This document shows, one piece after another, positions 23,538 to 36,195 of a DNA stretch of 63,907 nucleotides; the stretch's first letter is position 1, and each line of letters begins with the position of its first letter. The DNA lies in the NCBI GenBank assembly GCA_002256025.1, contig NKIB01013115.1, positions 1 to 63,907 of the forward strand, given 5' to 3'. Position numbers and translations under genes: made by a program. The notes beneath the pieces are model-generated. The model had not been told where the DNA came from and made no database searches. It saw nothing but the letters and a program-made list of their open reading frames with translations. Source of the DNA: Asterionella formosa (lineage: Eukaryota).

Positions 23538-25697
23538 CGTCTGCAAATAAAAACTATCATATTTCCATAATGCATCATAGGATTGTTATCATCTGATCAT
23601 AATATTTCGTTATATCATCTAATAATTTTGATAAATGCCTTTGTAATTTAAATAGTAACCCTTTTGACTACATATGTATTGTTTCTATTTGATTCCTGTA
23701 TTCGAATTTCTTGGTAGGATAATGTACCAGTTCAAGTAATGTAATTTGGCTCGTCATTTCCATCCGTCATCACTCCGATTTTTGCAACAACAACGAAATA
23801 CTAGCAATGACAAGCAGAATGAATGTTTGCGATAACGTCTTCAATTTGTTGGTCAAGTGATCATTATATCTTCGAGTAATCGTCATGTGCAGTGAACCTT
23901 TGTTCATAATCATTCAATTAAGAGTTTACAGGAGAGAAGAAATCATTCGAACTCGTAATGGCTCCGCACACAGAGCACAAAGTAAATCCGTTTTGTCGAC
24001 TTCAGCATGACAATTTCGCCAATCAACCCGAAAATAAACACATTCTACTTGTTCTCGTTGACATTTTCAATTCTCACATGATACTACATCTACTATTGAG
24101 ATTCAGCATAGAAAGAGATATGAAAATGTGCGTAACAGACTACTGTCAACATAGCTATAGTTATAGAATGATTCTGATTAGAATGCATTTCATTTTCATA
24201 TCGCTCGCTCGTTTCTGCATTTGGCATACTGTACTTGAATTAACTATTGAACTTGTCCGCATCTCTGACACCATCAAGAGAGCGAAAGCAAGTGGGGGCT
24301 CTTTTCATTGTTGTTTGCTCGTAGGAAGAATTTGATATCTGTAACGTCATTTGCTTGTTGGAATTGTCCGTTGCCTCAAACTTGCTTGGCGTGTGCGTAC
24401 ACACACTGTCGACTTGTTTTCATTGGTATGTTGTTCTTGTATTCACTGTTGAACTTGTCCGCATCTTTGTTACCATCAATAGAGCGACGCAGACGAAGTG
24501 GGTCTCTTCATTGTTGTTTGCTCCTGGAAAAGTCGGTGTCCGTGTCATCCTCATCAATAGAGAGACTAGTTCTTTCATTGGAAAAATTGGTACTCGTGGT
24601 ATCATTATTCGCTCGTTCGAACCACTGTCCGTTGCCTCAAACCTGATTAGCGTGTGAGTACCGGTATGTGCACTGTCGACTTTAGTACATTACAGGCGGA
24701 GTGACTTCGCTACTAAATTGCGTGATATAATAATATACCCTGTAGCACGATGCAGAATACAGTTGCTTCCCAATCATCTCATCATGATTGATAAGATGAT
24801 ACTGTGATATCATGATAAGGTTACATCGATGCATACATCACCAAAGTATGATACGTAATATTGAATAAAGTACATCGCATAGCTATGATACATTGATCAT
24901 AAAACTATGATGATTTTATAAAATGTTTATGATATAATTTTGATCAAAATATGATTATGTTAAAATAATACAATGACAATAAAATACGATAAAACATGTA
25001 CGCAAGTGTTACCAAGACATCATAGAAAATAAATTAAGCAATCATAAAGGATGTTAATTAATATATATGTTTGTCGTTTAATGTATACAAAATGTTTGTC
25101 GTTTAATGTATACAGTTAAAGTCAACAGTTAATATGATAGTATTATACAGTGGATAGGATCTAAGTATACGGATGCGTTGATATGTACATCACTATACTA
25201 TGATTTGTGACATGGATTGATGCATATCACATACTGGTATCCTCAACAACCAGCCATCACGTTCATTTTCGTGTCGTCTTTCTCTGTTTTAGCTATATAC
25301 TGGTATATGCCAGCATGTGTATTGTGTAAACACTACGCTGGCGGAACATGCATATTACACTGTGCTCTGTTCAACAATTACTACACTCGGTTACCATCAC
25401 ACCAGTTCCACCTCCACAAGCGCCACAATAAGCTTCGCAAAAAGCTCCGCATTTCCCTTCCACTGTTTTACATCATTGTCTTCTGGCCCTTTGACAACTT
25501 TCCAAATGACATTTCACGGATTTCATGGAAAGGATCAGTCAAACAAGAAACGAGACTTACTTCCATTGTTTACACTACACGACTTTATGTTTTCGGAAAA
25601 GAAGATGAAGACACTTATGAAATCAATCAAAGATTCCTTTGAATAAACTCAAAGATCAAATGAATTTGAACAGATTCATAATGCTCCAGAAAAAATA

Positions 25698-27650
25698 ATG
25701 AAGTATGCCGATACAATAGTGGCAGAGATTGAAAAGAAGGAAAGATTGCTTTCGAAGAGCCAAGGAAACCCAAACAGTTGTTCTTCGCGGATGAAGACTT
25801 TGCTCATTCTCCTGAAATCGCTGATAATGAAGAAGAACTCAGTGATTCTCATTCATTTGATGAACGAATTCATGCGATGAATTAAAATACCGGCGGAAAT
25901 TTGGGAGACATCACTTCAGAAGTAGAGATGGTTAAAAAGTTGGAAAACCAAGAAATATATCTCACTATTCGTCCAGAACATCAAGATGAACATCATAAAA
26001 GCAGAGAAACTATTGCATTTCTAAAAGAACAGATATTCAAGAAAAAGTCTGAGCTAGATCAAGACCTCGAATTCAAGAAGATCAATGCAGACAGAGATGT
26101 GATGCTGGCTAAGGCAGTTGATGCTCTGAGTCGGGAACGAAGTCAGAAGAACAAAAATGAATCTTTTTCCAAATCATACATGGAAGAAAAAGAATTTCTT
26201 TGTAAAATTATCGAGAACAATCCTGAAGGCAGCTACTTTTGTGAAGAGTCGGCATGTGAAATGTGTAGAGTTATTATGCCAAAGCAAACGGCATTTTTGT
26301 TGAGTTTGCCGAAATCGCATGGAAAACTAAAATTGTGGAAAGAGTTGTACACTCGTACCCCACAAGATATATGCAATTATGCCTCTGTATTTTATGGAGT
26401 CAAAGGTATCAAAAAATCATCTTCAGATTTTAAAGATCTTGCATATTGGGACCTTGAAACAATTACCTCTATGATCCATTATATAATTCATAAACTTCAT
26501 CCAAATGATGTAAAGGTTATACTATATTTGATCTGGAGGAGAACCCAGAAAAGGGTAATAACAATCCATATATATACCAAGGTGATTGTCATCCACTTCA
26601 TCACAAAAGTAACTATGTTCTAATTGTGTATTGCAAAAGATCAGATGAGGAGGAAAACAATCATTTTGTGCATTATCTTTTTGCTATAAATGAGCGATGG
26701 ATTACGTCAAGTCCGTGACCCAGGAAAAGATGCAAGTGTGGATGAACATTATGATCAAGTATTTCATTATGTTCAAGTATTTCACCTTGCCCGTAAGTAC
26801 TGCATCATCCCCGAATGCAGCAGAATTGGAATTGTTATGCACCGATACAGGATATCTTCCACAAGAATCCCATATACCTGAAGCAATTGGGTTCTCGGAA
26901 TCTTTCTATACTGGCACCAAAGCACCATTGCAGATCAGTATGGCCACTGCACACGATTCCATGTTATTTTAACCAGAAGATGACAGTGGATGGTCATGTG
27001 GACCTTTTACAATTGTGAAAGTGTTTGAAACTCTATTTCAATTAGAAAGGAGTGGCAAAACCAAATTTCTTGGCAAACGGGCACATTTCCGTTTGGAGAC
27101 TGAGTCCTGGAAAGCTTGAAAATGTCAGGTGGTAGCAACAGATCGAACAGACGATTTCTTATCCATTACATCTGACCCACTAACCAAGTCAACATAATTT
27201 CATCTTGGATCAGTTTGGCCTCAAGTGACAACGACAAATTCTCGAGAGGATATGTTTCAGTTGGAAATAACTGTTCTTCAATTTTGTATCGACAAAATTT
27301 TGACATCCCATTCAGATTTAAAAATTTTGAACGAAGTATTTGGACGAGTTCCTTGCAACTCTTCTTTCAAGAAGGATGAAGTTGTCTACGTAAAATCCAT
27401 GATAAAACAAAGGAATGAAAAACTTGCTCCCTTCAAATTGTATAATCATGCACCTCTTTGCCAAATTTCTGGATGCATCAAAATTGACAAAAAGTTGAAA
27501 AAAAAATTGTATCTGATGATAGCCCTTCTGGAATCAAATTGAAAAAGTTTACAGACTCATATCGAACTGCAGTTGAAAAGTGGAGAAGCAAAATTTCGGA
27601 CAAAACGAGAAGGACCATCTTAGGTTCTTTGGGAGTGAAAAAGAAAAAAT
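25698..27650 (+). pseudogene. Degenerate ORF ending in a Ulp1/C48 cysteine-protease-like domain
   Basis: Coiled-coil and Cys-rich region, then ENNHFVHYLFAINERWI (His) and F*PEDDSGWSCGPFTI (Q->stop; QxxxDxxxSCG pattern). Multiple stops and frameshifts. Confidence 0.45.
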
Positions 27651-27789
27651 AATGGACCATTGGGATTATCCAATGTCATCATTTCTTAGGAAATTGTAGT
27701 TTGTGAAAACCTCATAATAACCAATTATTTGTAGAAGTCTCAAAATAAATATAATTATTATGTAACTACTAAGTATGCATTAGATTCTA

Positions 27790-29683
27790 TTAGATCCATT
27801 CAAAATCAACATCGTCATCTTTGTCCCGTTGATTAATGCGGTCATTATAATCAATAGTCTTCTCAGGAACATTTGGTTGAAGTGATTCAACAAATTGATG
27901 CATATCCTCTTTACTTACGTTGGGAAATGAGAAGTATGAGTGTGGGTTGATGATATTTGTGGTGGGAGTAGCAATTCCACTAGGATTCCTTCCATATTCA
28001 GATCGATTATTTTGTGAAAGTCCAGTGTAGATTTCCTTATAATAAACGAGTAAATCATCAGTCCATTGATCAGTGAGACCATTTGAAACTGAACTTTCTT
28101 CCCTCACTTTTTTATAAGTGGTTTCCCACAAATGTCGACAAAATCGTTAGAATGACGAATATCGTTCTCTGAAATTTCATGGGTATCTGGATTGTGGATA
28201 GAAACCCAAATATTTTTGTTGCAATCGGAATTTTCCTTTTAGCACCAAGAAGCAAAATGCTTCTGTACTGGCATTGATCAGCGAACCAACAAAACGTGTT
28301 TGCAATTCACACTGTGCCCGAAGACTGAGTTGAAATTTGGTCACACCAGATTTGTCTCCTGTTAAAAATGGCTCTCCACGGCTTGTCCTGCCTATAAAAT
28401 ACACCGGAGCAAGAATATCACGCCAGAATTGCTTGGTATCCATGGCTTCCCCTGTCAATTTCCTTTGACTGCGCAAAACGATAAAGCGTCAACGCCCACC
28501 TAATAAAGTCATCAATATCTATAGTCTGGAAGTTAGCTATATTCTGTTAGACCAGCTGGTGTGTCATGAATTATGTTAGCACTTTTAAATTGAAACATAT
28601 TTGATAAGAATATAATCCCTGACTCAAAACATCATGCTTTCGGATCATCTCCCTGCAAGAACTTACCTAAGATTCCTTTAAATTGATTATTCAATACATT
28701 CTGACATTCTCTCAACTTTTTTATGCACATGCCACCAAATGTTGATTTGATGTAATCTAAACGTGCCTTGTTGGTACGTTCAATGGTCTGATTCATTGGA
28801 AGTAGTGCATCAGAACCATTCCATATGAAATCGGCAAGCTCTGGGTCACTCTCCACTTCTTTGCCTAACTCCGGTTTCACTGTGTATAGCCGAGTTAGGC
28901 AAGCAACATTTGGCAAACCAATCCTGTTTGTGATTGGAAATGCCTTTCATACTACTTGGACCAGCCAGATAGGGCTGGATGTTTGATTTTGTTGGGACCA
29001 GAAAAAAGCACATTATATTGATATTCTGTTTTACAGTACTACCTGCAATTCACAAACTATAACATCAAACTTACATGTTCACAGCAAAACTTCTTGGTCT
29101 TGAAAATAAAACTCACAACCTTTGTGACAATTGATGGTTCAATTTTAGCTTAGCGAGAACGACGTTCTGATAAGGCTGCTGAAATTGAAGAGTCTTGATA
29201 ACCTCGTATGGACGAGTTTTGAACCGAATGAATTACAATCTTTGTAATGATTGAGTTCATTGATCAATTGATAATATCCTTTGGCAAGTGCAAAATATTT
29301 TTCCCTCAGTTTTTCATGTACTTGTTGGTATGTGCGATTAGAAAATTTATGATATGGTACCATGTTATCCATCTGCATCCGGAAGTTATTAATGGTATCA
29401 TCGACAGGAGCCATTTTTCTTGTATCAATAACTGAAGTAGAACGTCATCATCGCTGTCAGTATCAATTACGGGATCCTTTGTACTAGTAGCTGATGGTGT
29501 CCCCATCGACGATGGGGTATTACCCCCAACGTCTCCAAATCGCCAATTGGGTTGCTTTGGATAATCGCCTATTCTTTTTTTCTTTGTTAACTCATTTTGA
29601 AACTTGCTTCTTTGTTCCATACCGGCAGTATTTGCCACATGTCGCTTGTTTCCATGAACCTCTTTATAGTTTCTTGAAGACAA
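27790..29683 (-). pseudogene. Degenerate TE accessory ORF of unknown function
   Basis: Chain of same-strand ORF fragments (including STEAFCFLVL) inside the TIR element, convergent with the Ulp1-like relic. Confidence 0.4.
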
Positions 29684-32600
29684 TGTACTACTAGCTAACT
29701 GTTGTCGTTGTCTTCCTTAAAGTTCGATGATCTTAGATTCAGGTGTTTCTAGTTACAATGAAATGAATCATCAGCCACTACCAACAGTGCTATTTACATT
29801 ATCATATACAAAATAAGAACCGAGTTTGAGTAATAGTATATCTTGTCTTCAATTATACGATTATACAATCCTGATATTAGTACGATGCTTTACTGTCCCA
29901 CGGTAGTAGCAACAGTTCTGAGCATATGGTATTCTGTTGCTTGCTTACTTCTCCGACTACCACTTTTCAGTTTTACGATCATACACTCCTAAAACTATGA
30001 TGATTTACTGTCCTGCTGCAGTAGCAGCAGTCATGAACATGTGGTGTTCTGTTGCTTGCTTATTACTCCGGCTATCTTTTTCAGTATTATGATCATGTTA
30101 AAGTATTACCTTTTGTATAGATCTATATCGTTAGACAAAGAAGACTATAGATAGAGACGTTCGTTTCTCTTTCCGTTTCTATATTCTTATTGTGAGTTTA
30201 CTAATCTAGTTTAGGTTGTTCTGTTTGAACAAAACAAACGAACTATTCTCCAAATGCTGTTTGCATTTCTAGGAACATACAATCATAGATAGACCCATGT
30301 CTATCTCACACTTACTGATCATAGGTTTTTAACCATGATCATTCATTTCAAACTATCGGTCTTCCAAAATACCGGTAGTTTATATTGTCCGGCTCATTAT
30401 AGTCGGAGTAACAAGGTATAATGTGTGGTTGATGAGAGCTTGGTACATCAAAGTTGACTCATTCGAATCGGTTGACTCGTTTGACTCCGAGTCCTAACTA
30501 CGTAGATGAGCTCACTTTAACATGATCATACAAGGCTGAAACTATGATGATTTACTGTCCCGCTGCAGTAGCAGCAGTCATAGACATATGGTTTTCTGTT
30601 GCTTGCTTATTACTCCGACTATTGGTTTTTAGTTTTACGATCATACGATCCTAAAACTATGATGATTTACTGTCCCACTGCAGTAGCAACAATCCTGAAC
30701 ATATGGTGTTCTGTTGCTAGTTTACTACTCCGACTACCCCCAGTATATCACTTACTACCTGCTACTGGTACTCTGTGTATATATATGATATATTGTTATT
30801 GTCATATGATGTATCGGTACACATGAAGAACTCCCACCCAAAAAAGGGGCTTAAACAATTTGCTACCAAAACCCTTGCGGTTATGACTTAAACCAATTGA
30901 ATGGTCTAAATAATTAGTTTCAACGGATGTAGAAAATATCGATGCAAACAAATTTCAGAAACAATACCAGTACACGTATTCGTGGAAAACAATGGACATA
31001 TAGTGCATTGATTATTTTCGAATTATGTATATGCGAGTATGATCATCTCAACAATATCAGATGTTCCATATCGCAAAAAAAGTTTACGCAATACATAACG
31101 AAAAACATTGTGGCTTCGACACATTGCGCATTCGAAGGATGGAGGCTGTTCAAGGTAATGAAGCCATCAATGTGGTACTTGGATGACAATCGTTGGGATG
31201 CAGGACAACAACAAATTTTAACTAAACGCACATTTCCTTTTTTCTCAGTTGATTCAACAGCTCGTTTCGCTTGTTGGGGACCACCAATGTAAAACAAAAC
31301 CAAATTGCGAAAGTGCTCTTGTCGCTCGTTGGACCTATTCACTTCTGTTGGAACAAAACTGACAAAAGGTTTACCTTTTCTCATAGTTAAGATGAAAAAA
31401 ATGAACCGGTAAGTTTTATTCGACAACATTGGATACCTGAAGCTTGCTTACTTTTTCAAGAATTTACTGACAAGTTACTATAACAGACTTATGCATCAGT
31501 TGCATTGATTTGTAGTAAGTGAAGCAAGAGGATACGATGGAATTGCGTGTTCTTGTGTCAATGTAACATGACTAGCTAACAAATCATTCCTTCTCATTGT
31601 AACTGTAACTGCATGCATAGGACAATAAAACTAATCAAACAACGGAATAGTCGGCGAGTTCAGAGTGACACTTACAGCAGGGAAAGAGACGCAGCATCAG
31701 TAAGGCACTGCCTCATACACGATTCAGAACAGAGGAAGAAAGAGCGAGAAAGGAATATACATTGAGACGAGTGGAGAGGTGAGAAACATTCCTCGGGTAG
31801 CTGTCGAAACAGAAATATCATTCTTAAATTTCTTAATTAAATGACGATCTATTCCAATCATTTTTTAACAATGCTTGTGATTAGAATTATGATCATGTTT
31901 AAGATAGATTTACGATTAAAAAATTCACATGATAGCATAGAGTTGAGCTGATTTTAGGATACGTTGTAGTTATAATTTACATCGGGCGATCACGAGAAGT
32001 GAAAATAATATGAGAAGGTTTATGATATTGACAAGAAATGTTGTTGATCAGTTTATATACATTGTGTGATGATAATGCTCTTATTATCATTATACTTCAA
32101 GGTCGGTAACATATTAATAAATCATCATAGATACAAGATACCTTGATCATATTTTTGATCCAAAAATTATCATATATACAAAAATCCTGTGCCACTTAGC
32201 GTACAATACCCTTGATCCTATATGCATGATACTTTTTATTTGCAGACGGGGGATCATCAGGCGAGATAAGCTCACCAAAGGAGGCCGGGCAAGACGAACC
32301 ACCCAAAAGGTCAACCTCGTAGAAATCGAAGGCAGGGGTGGGTACAGAATTGATGAGGCCCTCAGCGACGTCACCGTGGGGGGGGGTCGTGAGGCGTACA
32401 AAGACTGAGCTCCCGGGTGGAAAGGGTTCAGAAGATGCTGGAGGGCGCAAATGCTGGCTGGGGAGGCGCAGGATGTGGGGAAGAGCCATGGTAATCAGGG
32501 GAAGATGTGGGGAGATAGACAGAGGGCGGAGGGCCAAGGGTGGGAGCAGCAGAGTGATGAGGGACGCCATGGTGGCACGGCAATGGTGCTGTTTGCCAGA

Positions 32601-32692
32601 AGGGGGGGGGGGGGGGGGGGGGGGAGGAGGGGGGGAGGAGGGGGGGGGGGGGGGGGGGGGAGAGGGTGTGGGGNNNNNNNNCCCCCCGCCCG

Positions 32693-32756
<64 letters not shown>

Positions 32757-32760
32757 CGGC
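32601..32760. other. Assembly gap with poly-G/poly-C artefact flanks
   Basis: N run at 32674-32681 flanked by long G and C homopolymers. Confidence 0.85.
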
Positions 32761-32847
32761 CCGGCGTCGAAGACGACTGGTGCAACAATGTCGTCTGGAG
32801 AGGGAGAGTGCATGGAGGACCCACACAACCGGAAGGGCCCAATAACC

Positions 32848-33023
32848 TGTCAGGGCGGAAGGATTAACGAGCACTTGCAAACGGACTGACAGAGGTTGTT
32901 TGACAGAGAAACTGGACATTTAGATTAGTTAACTAGAGATAAGGGGTCTACCTACTGGTGATAACATGCTTATGTACGTTTTGGTACAGACAGTACCGGA
33001 GTATTCGTTATGCGGTACCAACA
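32848..33023 (-). repeat. Copia 5' LTR
   Basis: Direct repeat of 22977-23152, followed on the minus strand by PBS GGTTATTGGGCCC. Confidence 0.9.
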
Positions 33024-33496
33024 CCAGGTATCGGTACCGGTACCGGACACCAGTATACCGTGCGTGTGATGAGAAATGTTATTGCCCGTGGATGTTTAAT
33101 GCCTGATCAGAGCTCAAACTTGATGCAACGAAATGGTAGTCGTGCTTACTTTTCAAGACGTACGCGAACTTCTCAAAAGAATGCGTACTTCGCAGAAGAA
33201 CGCACGACTAGAATTTTGCGAGATATTTGGAAAAGACCAGCGAGGTGTGCACGATACACATAAGGAATTTTCCACGTAGCGAGGCAGTACGGAGTTTCCC
33301 GTACCTCCCTGGTACCCTATGTTTAGACACCTGGTAATATTTCATAACTAGAATACTCCAATCTTAGCGGACGCATGCCGCTACAACAAATCCAATTTTT
33401 TGAGTCTGTTTATGATTATTTTCACGTGTCCAACATTTTGCAGATTTTTCATCAAAAGAGGAAAAATGAAATATAAAAATGAAATGAATCATTCGG

Positions 33497-33548
33497 CGGG
33501 GGGGGGGGGGGGGGGGGGCCGGCGGGGCGGGGGGGGGGGGGGGGGGGG

Positions 33549-33580
<32 letters not shown>

Positions 33581-33655
33581 CGGGGGGGGGNNNNNNNNNN
33601 AAAATTAAAAAAAAAACACACAATAAACAACTCCCCCCCCCCCCCCCCCCCCCGC
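33497..33655. other. Assembly gap with poly-G/poly-C artefact flanks
   Basis: N run at 33591-33600. The paralogous site (~12100-12125) has only a C9 run. Confidence 0.9.
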
Positions 33656-34444
33656 TCCATGAGTAACGACTGCCATGGCATTGAAGTAAATTGCAACATG
33701 CCCTCATGTCGTTGATGTGGATTTTAGAAAGGCGTCGAGCAAAAGTGAGCGAACAGAGAACACGTGTGTTGCAGCCCATTCTCAAGATTCACGACAGGAA
33801 TCTTCGCTTTGAATTGCTCCAAAATTTCATGGCCGCCAGCAGAAGAATCTGCATCCACGGGCCTGAATACAATTTTTGATGAAGGTGATGCCCTCCAAAA
33901 AAAGAAATCAAAGGCCGAGCAGTCTCGGCTTGCTCGCACAGTCGATGCCCAATTTAATGTTATATTTCTAGACCGGAACAAATCAATCCTTCCATCGATA
34001 CACATCAATCCTTCCATCGATACACTTCGCTCTCACAATTTCGAGTCTCGAAGAAATTCAACCGACTCTCGAACTGTAAAGGTAAGAAGAAAACAAAGGC
34101 TCTCCCCCTTTCACAATGGTGCTGCGAGACAACGGAAAGGGTAGAAGCACAGGTCTCCTCGTCTTTTGCAAATGATTTTTGAATGACACGGTCGGGCGTC
34201 GTTACCTTTGTACTCCACCTGAATCTCGGGGTTCAGTAACAAGCTGGTGGATTCACAGTATAATCCTTACGATCAGTAATTGGACAGGAAGATTCGTGTC
34301 GCTCGGTACTCGTTTCATCCACAGTACAAGCTGAAACATGATAGCACTTGCAACGCCCAATACTCACAATTTTGTTTCTTATTTGCGCTCTCCCTTTACT
34401 AAATACGCTTCATAATATATATAACAGCCACATTTCTGTAAACA

Positions 34445-36049
34445 ATGAAGATTTCCAATTCTGCCTTCGTTGCGTCCGCATTGTTGACATTATGCTTGGT
34501 CACCTCTGAACGCGCACAAGTGCGAGGAAGTCGTCGCGCCTTGAGTGGCTATGCCACCGACTCTGGTACCAACAACGGCGGTAATGGTGTGTATCAGGAT
34601 GGCTATGGCTCCGAGGAAGGTTCCTATGAATCTGGTGGCTCCAATGAGGGCTCCTATGAATCTGGTGGCTCCAAGGAAGGATCTTATGAATCTGGTGGCT
34701 CCAAGGAGGGCTCCTATGAATCTGGTGGTTCTGATGTGGGCTCCTATGAATCTGGTGGCTCCAAGGAGGGTGACTACAGTGGATCGTCTGGAAAGGGCAA
34801 GGGATCCAAGCAAGGCGACGACAGCATGAGCGACGACTACAGTGCAGAATCGAGTGGAAAGGGCAAGGGAGGAAAGGGCAAGGGATCCAAGCAAGGCGAC
34901 GACAGCATGGGAGACGACTACAGTGCCGGATCCAAGGAAGGAGAAGACAGCATGGGCGACGACTACAGTGCAGAATCGAGTGGAAAGGGCAAGGGAGGAA
35001 AAGGAAAAGGAGGAAAGGGCAAGGGATCCAAGCAAGGCGACGACAGCATGGGAGACGACTACAGTGTCGGATCCAAGGAAGGAGACGATAGCATGGGCGA
35101 CGACTACAGTGCAGAATCGAGTGGAAAGGGCAAGGGAGGAAAGGGCAAGGGAGGAAAGGGATCCAAGGGAGGCGATGACGACGCATTGGGATCCAAACAA
35201 GGTGATGATAACTACCCCACTTACCCCAAGCCAGTTGCGAAACCTGTTGATTCACCTGTGATGGCTCCTGTCGAAGGTGACGGTTGTGACGAGAGTTCCA
35301 AGGAAGGAAAGGGTAAGGGAGGAAAGGGTAAGGGAGGAAAGGGCAAGGGAGGAAAGGGTAATGGAGGAAAGGGTAAGGGAGGAAAGGGCAAGGGATCGAA
35401 AGGAGAGGTAGACTGTTCTGACGAGCCAGCTGGCTCTCCTACTGCTCCTTACCCTTACCCCAAACCAGATGCTCCTTACGCTTACCCCAAACCTGTCCCT
35501 TCACCTGTGATGTCGCCTGTCGAAGCTGAGTCCAAAAAAGGCTCAAAAGGTGCCAAGGGATCATGGAAGGAGGGAGAAGATTGCGAAGAGGGTTCTAAGG
35601 AAGGAAAGGGCAAGGGAGGAAAGGGTAAGGGAGGAAAGGGTAAGGGAGGAAAGAAGGGTTCGAAGGGAGTAGGATGTCCAGAACCTGAGCCGCCAATGGC
35701 TTCTCCTATTGAGTATACCCCTCACTGGACACCTGTGGCCCCTCCAATGAAGTATCCTGTGGAAAATCCTATGAAGTATCCTGTGGAAAATCCTATGAAG
35801 TATCCTGTTGAAAAGCCCATGAAGTATCCTGTGGCGTCTCCTGTTGACTATGGCTCCAAGCCTCAGTCAAAATCTGGGCCACGGCCAAAACCTGAGCCAA
35901 AGCCTGAGCCAAAGCCCGAGCCAAAGCCCGAGCAAAAGCCTGAACCACAGCCAAAGCCTGAACCACAGCCAAAGCCTGAACCTCAACCAAAACCTGAACC
36001 TCAGCCTCAGCCTCAGCCGCAACCAGTTGCTTACCCCTACCGTCACTAG
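34445..36049 (+). CDS. Secreted silaffin/cingulin-like protein (gene C, 534 aa)
   Basis: Same signal peptide and RRAL as gene B. Contains [16 protein letters not shown] and GKGKGG repeats, PMKYPV repeats, and a distinct (PKPEPQ)n tail ending PVAYPYRH. Confidence 0.88.
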   Translation: MKISNSAFVASALLTLCLVTSERAQVRGSRRALSGYATDSGTNNGGNGVYQDGYGSEEGSYESGGSNEGSYESGGSKEGSYESGGSKEGSYESGGSDVGSYESGGSKEGDYSGSSGKGKGSKQGDDSMSDDYSAESSGKGKGGKGKGSKQGDDSMGDDYSAGSKEGEDSMGDDYSAESSGKGKGGKGKGGKGKGSKQGDDSMGDDYSVGSKEGDDSMGDDYSAESSGKGKGGKGKGGKGSKGGDDDALGSKQGDDNYPTYPKPVAKPVDSPVMAPVEGDGCDESSKEGKGKGGKGKGGKGKGGKGNGGKGKGGKGKGSKGEVDCSDEPAGSPTAPYPYPKPDAPYAYPKPVPSPVMSPVEAESKKGSKGAKGSWKEGEDCEEGSKEGKGKGGKGKGGKGKGGKKGSKGVGCPEPEPPMASPIEYTPHWTPVAPPMKYPVENPMKYPVENPMKYPVEKPMKYPVASPVDYGSKPQSKSGPRPKPEPKPEPKPEPKPEQKPEPQPKPEPQPKPEPQPKPEPQPQPQPQPVAYPYRH

Positions 36050-36084
36050 ACAAAACTCAAATCTTACCAATGAATAGTTAACTT

Positions 36085-36195
36085 GTGACGGCGTAGCCCC
36101 CTTTACGCTGAGGTGTTGAGCATTCTTTGTTGGGTAAGGAAAATTTCCTTACTGTTGCCAACGATCAATACTCAGCTGTATAAGCCTCGGGTCAG
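36085..36195 (+). promoter_or_regulatory. Conserved structured 3'-UTR element of gene C
   Basis: CTGAGG/CCTCGG, GTTGAGCATT/AATACTCAGC, TTGTTGG/CCAACGA and GTAAGGAA/TTCCTTAC; includes a double compensatory C-G to U-A change relative to A and B. Confidence 0.6.

Larger units (their letters stand above)
23538..32248 (+). mobile_element. 8.7-kb CGTCTGCAAATAAAAA-TIR DNA element nested in the copia relic
   Basis: Perfect terminal inverted repeat CGTCTGCAAATAAAAA / TTTTTATTTGCAGACG. Both ends are homologous to the 3457-5046 element. Contains degenerate ORFs and minisatellites (24230-24680; ~120-bp units at 29880-30075 and 30525-30740). Confidence 0.85.
22977..33023 (-). mobile_element. Internally deleted Ty1/copia LTR retrotransposon (CoDi-like)
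   Basis: Two 176-bp TG...CA LTRs (22977-23152 and 32848-33023). Minus-strand PBS GGTTATTGGGCCC (copia-type) beside the 5' LTR and PPT AAGGGGGG beside the 3' LTR. TSD ACAGG/CCAGG. RNase H relic present. Confidence 0.9.
22132..33308. mobile_element. Rearranged second copy of the GGAG-TIR element, hosting the copia insertion
   Basis: Left arm inverted (22132-22374). Middle 22375-22770 matches 21461-21785. Right arm 33024-33308 matches ~21865-22128 and ends ...CCTCC|CTG. Confidence 0.6.

Noticed and set aside
32196..32919. Poly-Gly/poly-Pro ORFs (also 33364-33785)
   Set aside because: They derive from homopolymer artefacts around N-gaps; the paralogous region has only a C9 run.
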